Positions 1 to 9,410 are shown, counted from the stretch's first letter. The stretch is 20,000 nucleotides of DNA from an uncultured virus (IMG/VR IMGVR_UViG_3300002170_000002) (IMGVR_UViG_3300002170_000002:45786-65785), one strand, 5' to 3'. Numbers and translations are program-made. Notes: generated by a model from the letters alone, not told the origin.

Positions 1-782
1 GCCACCCTCCTATCATTGCGAAAGGCTTTGGTCTTGAGTACAGCTACCGTTACTAAGTTCCCATAGGGATTCTCTGCACTCTTGGCAATAACCTTTCTTT
101 TCTCATCAATGTAATCTCCTCTCTTGGTTTGTAGTCTAATAGAACACGTATGCTTCCATGCATTTCCTCCTGTTGTTTGGACTCCACCCCCATAGGAAAT
201 TACATCTCGAACTTGGTTGATGCCGATTAAAGTTGTACCATATTTTTTGCATAAACCTACAGCTTGTTTAGAGAAATTAGTGAGGGCTTTGGCTATCCCT
301 GCCATTGTATCCTCTTCAATGGTTTTCTCTAAAGCTTGTGCAGATACTAAAACCCCAATAGAGTCAATTACCATGAGAGATACTTCTCCTGTGTCCAACA
401 GCTCTATTGCTTTGGAGAATATCCATTCTGCACTTTGATTGGTGGGGGATAAGAGAATTAGTTTTGATATATCTACCCCTATCTTCTCTGCCCAGTTGGC
501 ATCTAAGGTATTCTCTGCATCAATATAGACTACACTTTTATCTGGGAATTTTCTTTGTGCATTGGCTACTAAGTCTAAAGAAAGGGTAGTCTTACTGCTA
601 CCTTCTCTCCCACTTATTTCCATTAAGATTCCGCTGGGGATACCTCCATACGTCATCCATTGAAGTTTGGGGGAAGAGAAGGGGATTTTATTTTCTGCAT
701 AATAGTTTTTAATTCCTAAGGTCGCTAACTCCTCCCCCATATCTTTATTAATCTTTGCTATTAAGTTGGTTAATTTACTCAA
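1..782 (-). CDS. recA: RecA-family recombinase (runs off the left edge, C-terminus missing)
   Basis: Not in the ORF track; translated by hand from TTG at 782 (AAGGTG upstream): MSKLTNLIAKINKDMG...IPFSSPKLQWMTYGGIPSGILMEISGREGSSKTT...VYIDAE...LMVIDSIGVL...LIGINQVRD...TTGGKAWKH. These are RecA Walker A/B and loop motifs. Confidence 0.95.
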   Translation of the reverse strand, partial: MSKLTNLIAKINKDMGEELATLGIKNYYAENKIPFSSPKLQWMTYGGIPSGILMEISGREGSSKTTLSLDLVANAQRKFPDKSVVYIDAENTLDANWAEKIGVDISKLILLSPTNQSAEWIFSKAIELLDTGEVSLMVIDSIGVLVSAQALEKTIEEDTMAGIAKALTNFSKQAVGLCKKYGTTLIGINQVRDVISYGGGVQTTGGNAWKHTCSIRLQTKRGDYIDEKRKVIAKSAENPYGNLVTVAVLKTKAFRNDRRV

Positions 783-812
783 CCTTTCTCACCTTTTCTC
801 TCCCCCTTTGTA

Positions 813-1070
813 TTACAGAAACTCCATCTCTTCAGGATTTAAGTCATACCCAACAACCTTAAACTCAGTACTTTCTCCCAACCCATAGTGGGCTTTCATA
901 TTGGCTTCTAAGTTATTGTAATAGGTGGCGGCAATCCTTGCATTCCTTAGGCTGTCATAAACCCTTGCTTTTTTATTAATGGTGGTGTCGTAGAAAATAT
1001 CTCCATCTGGTTGTCTATAAACGGCTATGACTCTGTATACCCTTCTTGGGAAGTGCTTAAACTCTTTCAT
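813..1070 (-). CDS. hypothetical phage protein (85 aa)
   Basis: AAGGAG RBS before the ATG, co-oriented and tightly packed in the operon. Confidence 0.8.
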   Translation of the reverse strand: MKEFKHFPRRVYRVIAVYRQPDGDIFYDTTINKKARVYDSLRNARIAATYYNNLEANMKAHYGLGESTEFKVVGYDLNPEEMEFL

Positions 1071-1081
1071 ATTTTTCTCCT

Positions 1082-1606
1082 TTAATCTTCAATTTTTTCT
1101 TTGTTTAGGCTTAACTGCTTCTCCACAATTCTGGAAGTGAGAATCTTCTTACAGCTGTTCATCATTTCCATGGCTGTATCTGCTCTGTGCTTTAGTTTCT
1201 TATGTGCATTACTATAAGCAATATTTAATAATCTTTCTTCTGTACTCTTTGCTTCCGCTGTAGATTTCTTGACTGTGTCTGTGCCTGTAGCTTTGAGTAG
1301 AGTGTCATTGTATTTATCTCGTACCATCTCTCTGGCTATGGCATCCTTTAGAGCCACACTCTCTGCCTTGGCTCCTGTGTAATAAACTAACATAGGAATA
1401 GTGAGAATCACTCTCTCTAATTCTGAATCCAATAGGTCTCCTTCTTCCATGAAGGAATACACTACACTCATAAAGCTATCTAACTCTTGGGCATATTCTT
1501 CTACTATCTTTTCTGTCAGTTCTTCTAATTGCTTATGAGATTCTTCTAACACAAAAGCTGTGTCTTTGTTTCTTTCTTCTGCTACTTCTTGGGATAATTT
1601 ATTCAC
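1082..1606 (-). CDS. helical/coiled-coil phage protein, possibly a recombination mediator (UvsY-like role, speculative)
   Basis: GGAGG RBS, GTG start, predicted all-helical, lies between recA and the resolvase; function inferred from context only. Confidence 0.6.
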   Translation of the reverse strand: MNKLSQEVAEERNKDTAFVLEESHKQLEELTEKIVEEYAQELDSFMSVVYSFMEEGDLLDSELERVILTIPMLVYYTGAKAESVALKDAIAREMVRDKYNDTLLKATGTDTVKKSTAEAKSTEERLLNIAYSNAHKKLKHRADTAMEMMNSCKKILTSRIVEKQLSLNKEKIED

Positions 1607-1627
1607 TTCTTTCCCTCCCCCATTATC

Positions 1628-1855
1628 TTAATCCATTAAGTCTGCTAAGGGGCTTACATAACGTACTGCATAGAATTCATCATTTCCATAAAAGTTGTCT
1701 GATTCTTCAATGGCTTCTCTGGGAATATAGTCATATTGTTCTTTCATAAAATCATACACTAATTGCTTTGCCTGTTCCCTTGAAAAACTTATCACAGGGC
1801 TTACGTTTACTAAAGAGCTATTAAGCACCCAGACTTCTTTATTCATATTGTTCAC
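1628..1855 (-). CDS. hypothetical phage protein (about 72-75 aa)
   Basis: AAGGAG RBS, overlaps the end of the resolvase gene. Confidence 0.75.
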   Translation of the reverse strand: MNNMNKEVWVLNSSLVNVSPVISFSREQAKQLVYDFMKEQYDYIPREAIEESDNFYGNDEFYAVRYVSPLADLMD

Positions 1856-2423
1856 GCAACCACACTCCTTTCTCTAATTTTCCAAACTCTCTGGCTAAAT
1901 CAAATATATTTGATAGGTCATATTTATAGTATTTCTGCTTCAAGGTTGCATTCAAGGGAATTACCTTTAACTCACCCTCCCTAACCATTTTCATAGACAA
2001 GGTTTTCCTTCCACTCAACCTATGTCTTGCTAATTCATCTACTGGTACTGCAAAATTTCCATCTTCCTGCCCAATAAACCAAAAGAAAAATAGTGAATAC
2101 ACCCCACCTATCTGATGCTTATTAATTAGCCCTGCCCATTGATTGGGTCTTATGTCTCCATTGTATCTGATATGGGTTTGCTTCGTTGTCTTACATTCTA
2201 CAAACAATAGAGTAGGTTCCTTGAAGGCTATAAAGTCTGCAATCTCACTGGTTTCTTGGAAGGTGGAAGAGAATCTATCTTTCGCATCCTTGATTCTATC
2301 TACACTACATCCTTCTACTTCATTAAAACCTGTACGAATTGCTTTCTCATATTGCTTCCACTCCTGTACTCCTCTTTTCCTTCCTCTCTTTCCTTGTTTT
2401 TTTGTTACCTTTTTCTCTGCCAC
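1839..2423 (-). CDS. RecU-like Holliday junction resolvase (PD-(D/E)XK nuclease)
   Basis: Motifs YEKAI, IADFIAF, FVECKTT and IRPNQW match the RecU E..D..ExK..Q pattern; near recA. Confidence 0.8.
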   Translation of the reverse strand: MAEKKVTKKQGKRGRKRGVQEWKQYEKAIRTGFNEVEGCSVDRIKDAKDRFSSTFQETSEIADFIAFKEPTLLFVECKTTKQTHIRYNGDIRPNQWAGLINKHQIGGVYSLFFFWFIGQEDGNFAVPVDELARHRLSGRKTLSMKMVREGELKVIPLNATLKQKYYKYDLSNIFDLAREFGKLEKGVWLREQYE

Positions 2424-2447
2424 TCTCTCACCTAATTAAATATCTGA

Positions 2448-2780
2448 TTATATATCTGTTGTAATAATTCTCTCATACTCTAACCACTGGTTGGCATCTC
2501 CTTGCTCTACCTTTGCTATTTCTAAAATAGAAGAGATTAATACTACCTCATCTTTATGGGAGAAGAGGAAACTTGTATATGCTCTATGCCAATACAATAA
2601 TAATATTCCTTCCCTCCCATCTTTTAGTGTAATTTTATCTCCCTCTGCCGCTGCTCTAAACGAGTTATCAGATGCACAAATACCTTGGTGAGCTTTTATT
2701 CTTGCCCTACCAAATCCCTTGCCATGAATATGTCGAATATGAGCCTTTGCTCTCTTTTTCTTCTTCTCTTTCTGCTCCAT
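2448..2780 (-). CDS. hypothetical protein (110 aa, basic N-terminus)
   Basis: Co-oriented ORF filling the operon. Confidence 0.7.
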   Translation of the reverse strand: MEQKEKKKKRAKAHIRHIHGKGFGRARIKAHQGICASDNSFRAAAEGDKITLKDGREGILLLYWHRAYTSFLFSHKDEVVLISSILEIAKVEQGDANQWLEYERIITTDI

Positions 2781-2784
2781 TCCC

Positions 2785-3153
2785 TTAGTGGATTTCTATA
2801 TCAGGAGATTGAGGTGGGTCTGGAAGGAAGCTGGATTGGTGGATGTCTCTTTCATGTAGAGGGGTCTTTCTAAATCTATCAATCAAGGCTCCTACTACTC
2901 CTCTCTCTACTCTGGGAATTGTAACCCAATATCTTTCCCAACAAATGGCTTGGTTGAACCTAAGTAGGGGGATTTCATAGACTACATCTTCTTTGTATTT
3001 TATAAGGATTGTTTCTCCATCTGATTCTGTACTGAATTCATCTAAGGAACCTACCTCGGTTTCAAACTCTTCTAAGGTTAAAGTTCTAACAGTGTTGTTC
3101 ATCTCTTGCATCTCCTCTGCTTCAATTCTCTTTAGTGCTCTTTTCTTATTCAT
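2785..3153 (-). CDS. hypothetical protein (122 aa)
   Basis: AAGGAG/GAGG RBS, start overlaps the upstream stop. Confidence 0.75.
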   Translation of the reverse strand: MNKKRALKRIEAEEMQEMNNTVRTLTLEEFETEVGSLDEFSTESDGETILIKYKEDVVYEIPLLRFNQAICWERYWVTIPRVERGVVGALIDRFRKTPLHERDIHQSSFLPDPPQSPDIEIH

Positions 3154-3373
3154 CCTCTTCTCCTTTGGTTCCTTTCCTTGTCTTTCTTACTACTCTCTCT
3201 CCTGTGTCTCTATCCACTTCATACCCCATTCTATAAGTCCATAGGGGGCAATCAGTTAGGATACATAACTCTACTTCTTTTCTTTGCTGGCAAGTACAAT
3301 CTAAGCATTTGGCTCTAATGGCTTGACCTCTGGTTAATCTCCTGCTTTTCTTAGGGGTTGTTTTCTTTGTCAT
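3146..3373 (-). CDS. small Cys-rich putative Zn-binding protein
   Basis: AIRAKCLDC...EVELC...CPLWTYRMG; GGGAG RBS. Confidence 0.75.
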   Translation of the reverse strand: MTKKTTPKKSRRLTRGQAIRAKCLDCTCQQRKEVELCILTDCPLWTYRMGYEVDRDTGERVVRKTRKGTKGEEDE

Positions 3374-3388
3374 AGTATCTCCCTTTCT

Positions 3389-4198
3389 TTATTTTGCTTC
3401 ATCACAGTAAATTTTATATCTACAGTATCTACAATTGGATGAACTGGGCTCTGCTATCGGTTCTTTGTTTAGAGCAAAAGCCTGCTCTGCAATCTGGATT
3501 CTTTTTAGGATGATATCTTTTTGTTCCTCTGTAGGTTCAAACACATAGGCTTTCTTTAGGCATCTATCCCTGTTCTCATAGAGAAACATAACCTTAGGGA
3601 TTTCAAAAGCGATAGAGTAAACGGTTGCTTGGTCATAATGGTCTGGGTCTACTGCTTTTCTCTTATCCCATTTCTTGGAGGTCTCTGTCTTTATCTCTAA
3701 AATAAATAACTCATCCATAAATTCAATGATACCATCACAACGAAAGGATAGGTGTCTTTCTTTATCAAATAATTGTAGCTCCAATCCTTCTCTGTCTCTG
3801 ATTTCTAAATGGTCTAAGTTATTCTCTTCAATATACTTCTCAACATCCACCCATTTAATCTTTGTAGATTGGGCAATCTGATGTTGTAATCTATCATGTC
3901 TATCTGTGCCACTCTCTGTAATTCCAATCATATGATGCTCTCTTGGAGTGGGGTCAGTCTCATACCCACTTCTTTTGTAGAACATATTCCTTGCACATTT
4001 CATAGAGGAAGGGGCATAGGCTGTGGAGGGTATTCTTTGTACATCCTGCTCCTGAATACTTTCCATGAGGGTTGAAAGAAAACTATACGCATATCCTCCT
4101 CTGGTTTGCTTATCCTTTCTCTCTTCCCTCCATTCTTCATACCCCTCTTCAGTAGTTTTATCCTGAAGTTGTTTGATTATGTCTCTTGGTTTAGCTAT
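3389..4198 (-). CDS. Cas4-like / PD-(D/E)XK exonuclease with four-Cys (Fe-S type) motif; start probably ATA at 4198, not ATG at 4066
   Basis: PSSMKCARN, GTDRH, RCDGII, LEIKT, YDQATVY and C-terminal CRYCRYKIYC; the frame stays open upstream of 4066 to an AAGGAG at 4214-4209. Confidence 0.85.
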   Translation of the reverse strand: MAKPRDIIKQLQDKTTEEGYEEWREERKDKQTRGGYAYSFLSTLMESIQEQDVQRIPSTAYAPSSMKCARNMFYKRSGYETDPTPREHHMIGITESGTDRHDRLQHQIAQSTKIKWVDVEKYIEENNLDHLEIRDREGLELQLFDKERHLSFRCDGIIEFMDELFILEIKTETSKKWDKRKAVDPDHYDQATVYSIAFEIPKVMFLYENRDRCLKKAYVFEPTEEQKDIILKRIQIAEQAFALNKEPIAEPSSSNCRYCRYKIYCDEAK

Positions 4199-4213
4199 GT
4201 CAATGCATCTCCT

Positions 4214-5263
4214 TTACTTTTCTCTTACGCCCATCACAACTATCTTCACTGTCTCATCTTTATTGTAAGCAAATAACATATCTTGATGTACCAGAATATA
4301 TATCTCTTCTTCTAATTCATCTAAGAAAGAGATGAAGGTCTTTAGATGCTCTGTGGCAAATGTAGCTTGCACTTCTTCTCCCTCTCCCCTTATATCAATC
4401 TCCCTGCATCCATTTTGTGCTAATAACTCCAGTCTATAAGGCGTTCTGTTGAACGATAGGACTTCGGGAGCGTTGTAGGTCATCTCAGAAATTGCATCTT
4501 TTAACTCGGTGCTGCTGACCTCCCAGAAGCCTTCTTTAGATAAGAAAACATTCTCAATATCCTGATAAGGGTAGTCTTTGGTAGGGTAGTTCCCACAATA
4601 GATAGAAGTATCTTCATGATTGATAGATAAAATATTCTCTGCATACTGTAAAATCTTTTCATCTCCTAAGAATGATTTCCCAATTTGATGGGGGATAAGA
4701 AAGCTCTTCGAGATAGGGTTATCCAACATCACCTTCGCAATGATGTAATTGTTCGTTGCATACACCCCCTCATTCGACACAAAAAGATTATTTAATTGGG
4801 GGATAGGAGAATCAGATAATTGTAATAACTTAGGTAATAGTTTTTGATTCCTCCCACCCTCTAATGATAGGTCTGCAATCTCTTTTATCTCCCCCTCTTT
4901 AGGAATAGGGGTTGCGGGTACAAATTCATTCCCTGTATCTACATAAGCAGGAAATTCATGAGAGCTGCTTCCTGTCTTTAGAGTAATAAACCCTGTCTTA
5001 TAACTAAGGGTAATCTCTTTGCTCTTTAGTTTTCTAAGAAGAGCTGTGAAGTCTTTGAAGTTAATTGATACGCTGGCTTCCCCTTCAAAAGGAATGTCAG
5101 CTAAGAAGATAGAAGTAACCTCTTGATTGGTTACAGAAAACTTTACTCTTCCTTCTCCCCCTTCTATCCCTAACATCTCTGCAATGGGGAGGAAAGAGAA
5201 AGTCTTAACAGAAATACTATCTCCTAATATCTTTAATTGTTTTACTAAATCATTTGCTTTCAT
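4214..5263 (-). CDS. divergent DNA polymerase III beta sliding clamp-like protein
   Basis: 349 aa; VTNQEVT, SINFKDFTALLRKL, VYATNNY (compare VATDG) and DYPYQDIENVF (compare FPDY..VI) recall DnaN; one small gene away from the polymerase. Confidence 0.7.
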   Translation of the reverse strand: MKANDLVKQLKILGDSISVKTFSFLPIAEMLGIEGGEGRVKFSVTNQEVTSIFLADIPFEGEASVSINFKDFTALLRKLKSKEITLSYKTGFITLKTGSSSHEFPAYVDTGNEFVPATPIPKEGEIKEIADLSLEGGRNQKLLPKLLQLSDSPIPQLNNLFVSNEGVYATNNYIIAKVMLDNPISKSFLIPHQIGKSFLGDEKILQYAENILSINHEDTSIYCGNYPTKDYPYQDIENVFLSKEGFWEVSSTELKDAISEMTYNAPEVLSFNRTPYRLELLAQNGCREIDIRGEGEEVQATFATEHLKTFISFLDELEEEIYILVHQDMLFAYNKDETVKIVVMGVREK

Positions 5264-5276
5264 CTATCTTTCCTTT

Positions 5277-5540
5277 CTACGAAATAAAGTAATCAGGTTC
5301 AGAAGTCATATCCGTTATCTCTATCACTCCTATCTTAATACCTTGTCTCTCTATCTCTTTTGCCATCACAGATGTATATAGTAGAGCTTGCTCAAAATCC
5401 ATACATTCTACATTTTCCCATGAGTGAGCAACATATTCATCTGTGTCATCTCCCTCATCAGCAAATACTTGTATCCAATAGTCTTTCGTGGTTTTTATCT
5501 CTTGCGCTAATCTGTTCTTTTTCAATCTTTTTTTATCCAT
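5277..5540 (-). CDS. hypothetical protein (87 aa)
   Basis: Start overlaps the polymerase stop (translational coupling). Confidence 0.75.
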   Translation of the reverse strand: MDKKRLKKNRLAQEIKTTKDYWIQVFADEGDDTDEYVAHSWENVECMDFEQALLYTSVMAKEIERQGIKIGVIEITDMTSEPDYFIS

Positions 5541-7746
5541 TTAGTTCTTCCCACAGCTCATCTGTCATTTCTCCTGTCCATCTACTTTCAATCTCTACAT
5601 CCACTGAGATGTCCATATCCATTTCTTTCCCTGAAGCTATCATACAATCTTCCAATATCTTTGCTCCTTCCTCTGCATATTCAATAGGAATCTGGGCTAA
5701 GATTTCATCATGGATAGGAAGAATAACTCTCCCACCAATCTCTCTAAATCTTTCATTCTCATCAATGAGAAGTAAAGCAATCTTTGTCATATATGCAGCT
5801 GTTCCTTGGACAATGGAGTTAACACATTGTCTCTCTGCTTTTGCAATGTATCCAGAATTATCTTTAATTATCCACCCAGCATCACTGGCTTCTTCTATTA
5901 GTTTGTCCATCTTTATCTTCTTTTCACTAAAGGGTTCTCTGGCATTTTGAATCCGATAATATCTCTTCTCCCAATACTGTCTGGTCTCAAAATCCGACTC
6001 CCCTTTCTTCTTTCTAATGGAAACTCTGGGTAAATTAATATCTGGCAATCTTCTCTTACTGCCCACATACGTATTAACATACCCGTATTGCTTTGCATGG
6101 TTAATAGAATCTTCCATGAAACTCTTTAGTTCGGGAAAGGCATCCATTACCTTGTCATAAATATCTTGGGCTGTGTCTCTGCTAATCCCTAAGTCTTGTC
6201 CGATGGATGTAACTCCCTTACCAAACATAATACCCAATACTACTGCCTTTGCATTACTTCTTCTTTCCTTCCCATCTGAAGTGTCATCTAAGCAATCTTC
6301 ATAAGGAACTCCGTAAGCTAAGGATGCCATGGCTGAGTAGATATCTTTCCCTTCCCTAAAAGCTTCTAACATTTTCTCATCATTCGACACATAAGCTGCA
6401 ACCACCATCTCTTGCTTGGAGTAGTCTCCAGAAATGAAGATATGATTTTCATCTGGAATTAAGGTCTTTCTGATAAACTTATCATGGCTGGGAATCTGCT
6501 GTAGGTTAGGGTCTTTGGAACTAAATCGCATGGTAACAGTTCCTGTAGGGTTCAGTCTGGTATGAAGCTTCCCATCTGCGCTAATCATCTCTGGTAGCTT
6601 CTCAATGAAGTTTTGTACTAAGGTAGTGTACCTTTTATATTCTAAAAGGGCTTGGGTGAAGGGAGTGCCTAAACTCTCTAACACAAACTTATCTGTGCTT
6701 CTGGGTTTCTTTTTGGTTAAAGTATGTTCATATCCCATGATGTCATACATCAATACTGCTAACTGTTCAGATGAATTGAAGTTAATCTTCTTGTCTAATT
6801 TCCCTTCCTCTTTCTTTTTCTCTATTTCTTCCTTGAAGGGGTAAAGAGATTCTAATATCTCTTCTTCGTGTCTTTTTATATTGGCTGTGTAAACATCTAA
6901 AAGCTTTTGGTTTAATTCATGGTCAATATTAAATCCCACATCCTCCATCTTAGATACAATATTTAATACAGGCATCTCTATATTCCAGAATACTTTTCCT
7001 ACTTGCTGTAGGTCTTTTTTATTGAAGAACGGATGCTGGAACTCATACAGCTTATAGGTCATATAGGTATCGTGAGCAGCATAGTATCTCATATTCTCAA
7101 TGGGAATTAAGTTTACTGGGATGTTCTTAAATAAATCCTTAAAGTAAATTGGGTCTCCTTTTCCCTCACAAAATTCATCATACAAATCCTTTAAGCTATT
7201 GCTCTTCTGGTTCTCATTCAGCATCCTCATGGCTGTGTAGGTGTCGTAATATGCTTCTAAATCCACACCAAATGTATGCCTAATAAATCTGGTATCGAAT
7301 GTGGTGTTGTGAAAGATGAGTTTCTCTTCCGAAATGGAAGAGAAGAAACGGGCAACCTCTTCTTCAGATAATTGCCCGTCAATTCTTTCCTGTGTAATGT
7401 AACTAATGTGATTGACAGGGATGTAAGCTGGGGGCAAGGTTGGGGTATACACACTGAATCCTACCACCTTATCACTAATGGGGTCTAATCCTGTGGTCTC
7501 AGTATCCAATGCGGCAATTCCATTACTTTTAATTTCATCTGCATACTTTGTTAGTTCTTCTACATCTGTTATTAATCCGTAATCATACCCTTTCTCTTCT
7601 AAAATAGAATCCTTACTTCTTAACTCATCCAATGCCTTTAGGAAAGCATTGGACTTTACTGTCGGTTGAGATTTCTTTCTCTCTTGCTTTAGTTTATCTA
7701 ATACATCTTTGGAATTTCTTCTTTCTAAGCTAAAAAATCCCGTCAA
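5533..7746 (-). CDS. polA: family A DNA polymerase with 3'-5' exonuclease, no 5'-3' exonuclease
   Basis: ExoI ALDTETTGL, ExoII FHNTTFD, ExoIII YAAHD; RFSSKDPNLQQIP; motif A GDYSKQE; motif B RSNAKAVVLGIMFG; NSIVQGTAA; motif C IHDEI. Confidence 0.97.
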   Translation of the reverse strand: MTGFFSLERRNSKDVLDKLKQERKKSQPTVKSNAFLKALDELRSKDSILEEKGYDYGLITDVEELTKYADEIKSNGIAALDTETTGLDPISDKVVGFSVYTPTLPPAYIPVNHISYITQERIDGQLSEEEVARFFSSISEEKLIFHNTTFDTRFIRHTFGVDLEAYYDTYTAMRMLNENQKSNSLKDLYDEFCEGKGDPIYFKDLFKNIPVNLIPIENMRYYAAHDTYMTYKLYEFQHPFFNKKDLQQVGKVFWNIEMPVLNIVSKMEDVGFNIDHELNQKLLDVYTANIKRHEEEILESLYPFKEEIEKKKEEGKLDKKINFNSSEQLAVLMYDIMGYEHTLTKKKPRSTDKFVLESLGTPFTQALLEYKRYTTLVQNFIEKLPEMISADGKLHTRLNPTGTVTMRFSSKDPNLQQIPSHDKFIRKTLIPDENHIFISGDYSKQEMVVAAYVSNDEKMLEAFREGKDIYSAMASLAYGVPYEDCLDDTSDGKERRSNAKAVVLGIMFGKGVTSIGQDLGISRDTAQDIYDKVMDAFPELKSFMEDSINHAKQYGYVNTYVGSKRRLPDINLPRVSIRKKKGESDFETRQYWEKRYYRIQNAREPFSEKKIKMDKLIEEASDAGWIIKDNSGYIAKAERQCVNSIVQGTAAYMTKIALLLIDENERFREIGGRVILPIHDEILAQIPIEYAEEGAKILEDCMIASGKEMDMDISVDVEIESRWTGEMTDELWEELNG

Positions 7747-7782
7747 TCACATTATCCCCCTTTCCTTCTTTTGTCAATCCTG

Positions 7783-8430
7783 TTAAAATCTGGGTCTACG
7801 TGTAGATTCCTCTTCTTCCTTTTCTTTTTCCCATCTTTGTTGCTCAGGGTTTCTTTCGATAGCAGTTACCATAGCATTAGCATCCATATGCCACACAGGA
7901 GAACCTTGTTTATCTAAGGAGATAACAGAATCTTTGTGCTCTGTCATATCTTCTTTATTCTCCCCTACTTTATCAAGTACATAGGTAGTTCTCTTATTTC
8001 CCTTTCGCCCATGTCTGGTGATTTCATAAGTGACTTTGGTGAGGTCTCCTTCTTTCTTCATCTCATCAATCAAGTTCAGATACCACTCATTCATCCCTCG
8101 CTCCCATACCTCTACCTGTTCTGTGTCATGGTTGTAAAGGTTGATGAAGATACGGTTGGTTGTAATGATTTCATCTTCACACATGGGGCATTCATCAATC
8201 GAATCTTCCCGCAAGCAATCTACTTTAGAGGGGAATTTGGACTTCTCATATTTGAATAGGTGGACTCGTCTGGTGCTTTCTCCAATCTCATCTTCATTGG
8301 AGTAGAGAAAAGTCACTGTCGCTTTGTCTTTATCATCTACCAAACGAAAGTAATTAATCTTTGGTCTCTCATCATCTACTGCATCAGGGTCTACCATTCT
8401 TTTAAGAAATTTATCACTAATCTTTGCCAT
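7783..8430 (-). CDS. probable gp32-like single-stranded DNA-binding protein
   Basis: YFRLVDDKDKATVTFL, H...C...CPMC Zn motif, IFINLYN..VEVWERG, YEITRHG..TTY; directly upstream of the polymerase; GAGGTG RBS. Confidence 0.7.
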   Translation of the reverse strand: MAKISDKFLKRMVDPDAVDDERPKINYFRLVDDKDKATVTFLYSNEDEIGESTRRVHLFKYEKSKFPSKVDCLREDSIDECPMCEDEIITTNRIFINLYNHDTEQVEVWERGMNEWYLNLIDEMKKEGDLTKVTYEITRHGRKGNKRTTYVLDKVGENKEDMTEHKDSVISLDKQGSPVWHMDANAMVTAIERNPEQQRWEKEKEEEESTRRPRF

Positions 8431-8435
8431 ATGTT

Positions 8436-9335
8436 TTACACCTCTCTTTTTATAATTCTTCTTTTGGTTTCTTGATTTTCAAATCTCTGCTTCTCAAACT
8501 CTTCTTCTGTAATACCTTTCGGTAGTTCATCTAACTCTTCATCTTCTGTTTTCTCTTCTACTACTTCATCAGGCTTAATTAATCTTGGCTGTCTTGGTAT
8601 CATAGGAACAAATGTTTCCTTCTTGGGGTTCCATTCATAAAATAACCCATCAATGTAAATCTTGGTCTTTCTCTCTTCTAAGGCTTTTTTCTCCACTAAC
8701 CTTTCATCATACCTCATACGACCAGTCAACCATCTATCCCTATTGATTCGGTATAATTGTCTTTCCCTTAGTTTTTGTAATCTTTTCCTCTCTTCCGCTA
8801 TTGTTAGTTCAATCAACCTCTTCATTCTTGATGGGGAAGGTGCAAGGAATCGATAACGCATATAGTAGAAGCCCCTTTTGGTTCTCCTAAAGTTCATAAC
8901 CCTTTTTCCGGAAGGGGTTTTGAAGAGCGTTCGGTATCTTTTGTCTTGCTCATTAAGCTTCTTCCATGTATCCTTATGAATCAGAACCTCTAAGTAATCT
9001 CCCTTAACAGTTCTGATAGCAAATAGAGCTCTGGTAGATGCTGGGAATCGTACATGGACTGCTTGCTTCTCTGAGATTGTGAAGTTATCCCACAACCACG
9101 TATAGTAAACATCCTCATGTAGCCACCCTTTCCGATTTTTTAATTCATCAGGTGGTACATCATTTGTTATCCTTAATTCTAATCCGTATTCTTTACATAG
9201 TTTTACAAAATATTGTAGAGCCTCTTTTGTGTCAACTCTTTTTACATTTTTATTCCTCCTTACTGGGTCAGGGGGCACACCCTCTTCAACATCCCCCAGT
9301 AATTTTCTCAAAGACATAGATACAATTTTTATCAC
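8436..9335 (-). CDS. hypothetical basic protein (299 aa)
   Basis: Long ORF with its own promoter; no recognisable motif. Confidence 0.8.
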   Translation of the reverse strand: MIKIVSMSLRKLLGDVEEGVPPDPVRRNKNVKRVDTKEALQYFVKLCKEYGLELRITNDVPPDELKNRKGWLHEDVYYTWLWDNFTISEKQAVHVRFPASTRALFAIRTVKGDYLEVLIHKDTWKKLNEQDKRYRTLFKTPSGKRVMNFRRTKRGFYYMRYRFLAPSPSRMKRLIELTIAEERKRLQKLRERQLYRINRDRWLTGRMRYDERLVEKKALEERKTKIYIDGLFYEWNPKKETFVPMIPRQPRLIKPDEVVEEKTEDEELDELPKGITEEEFEKQRFENQETKRRIIKREV

Positions 9336-9351
9336 CCCCTATCTTTCCTAC

Positions 9352-9380
9352 AGTATACCACATCTTTTATGAAATTGCAA
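9352..9380 (-). promoter_or_regulatory. sigmaA-type promoter with extended -10
   Basis: TTGCAA-17 nt ending TGTGG-TATACT upstream of the ORF at 9335. Confidence 0.8.
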
Positions 9381-9410
9381 ATATTATAGTGTGATAGAGT
9401 ATTTTGTTAA

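Noticed and set aside
7745..7777. Promoter upstream of polA (TTGACA at 7777-7772, minus strand)
   Set aside because: The best -10 (GATAAT) is at 15-nt spacing and overlaps the RBS
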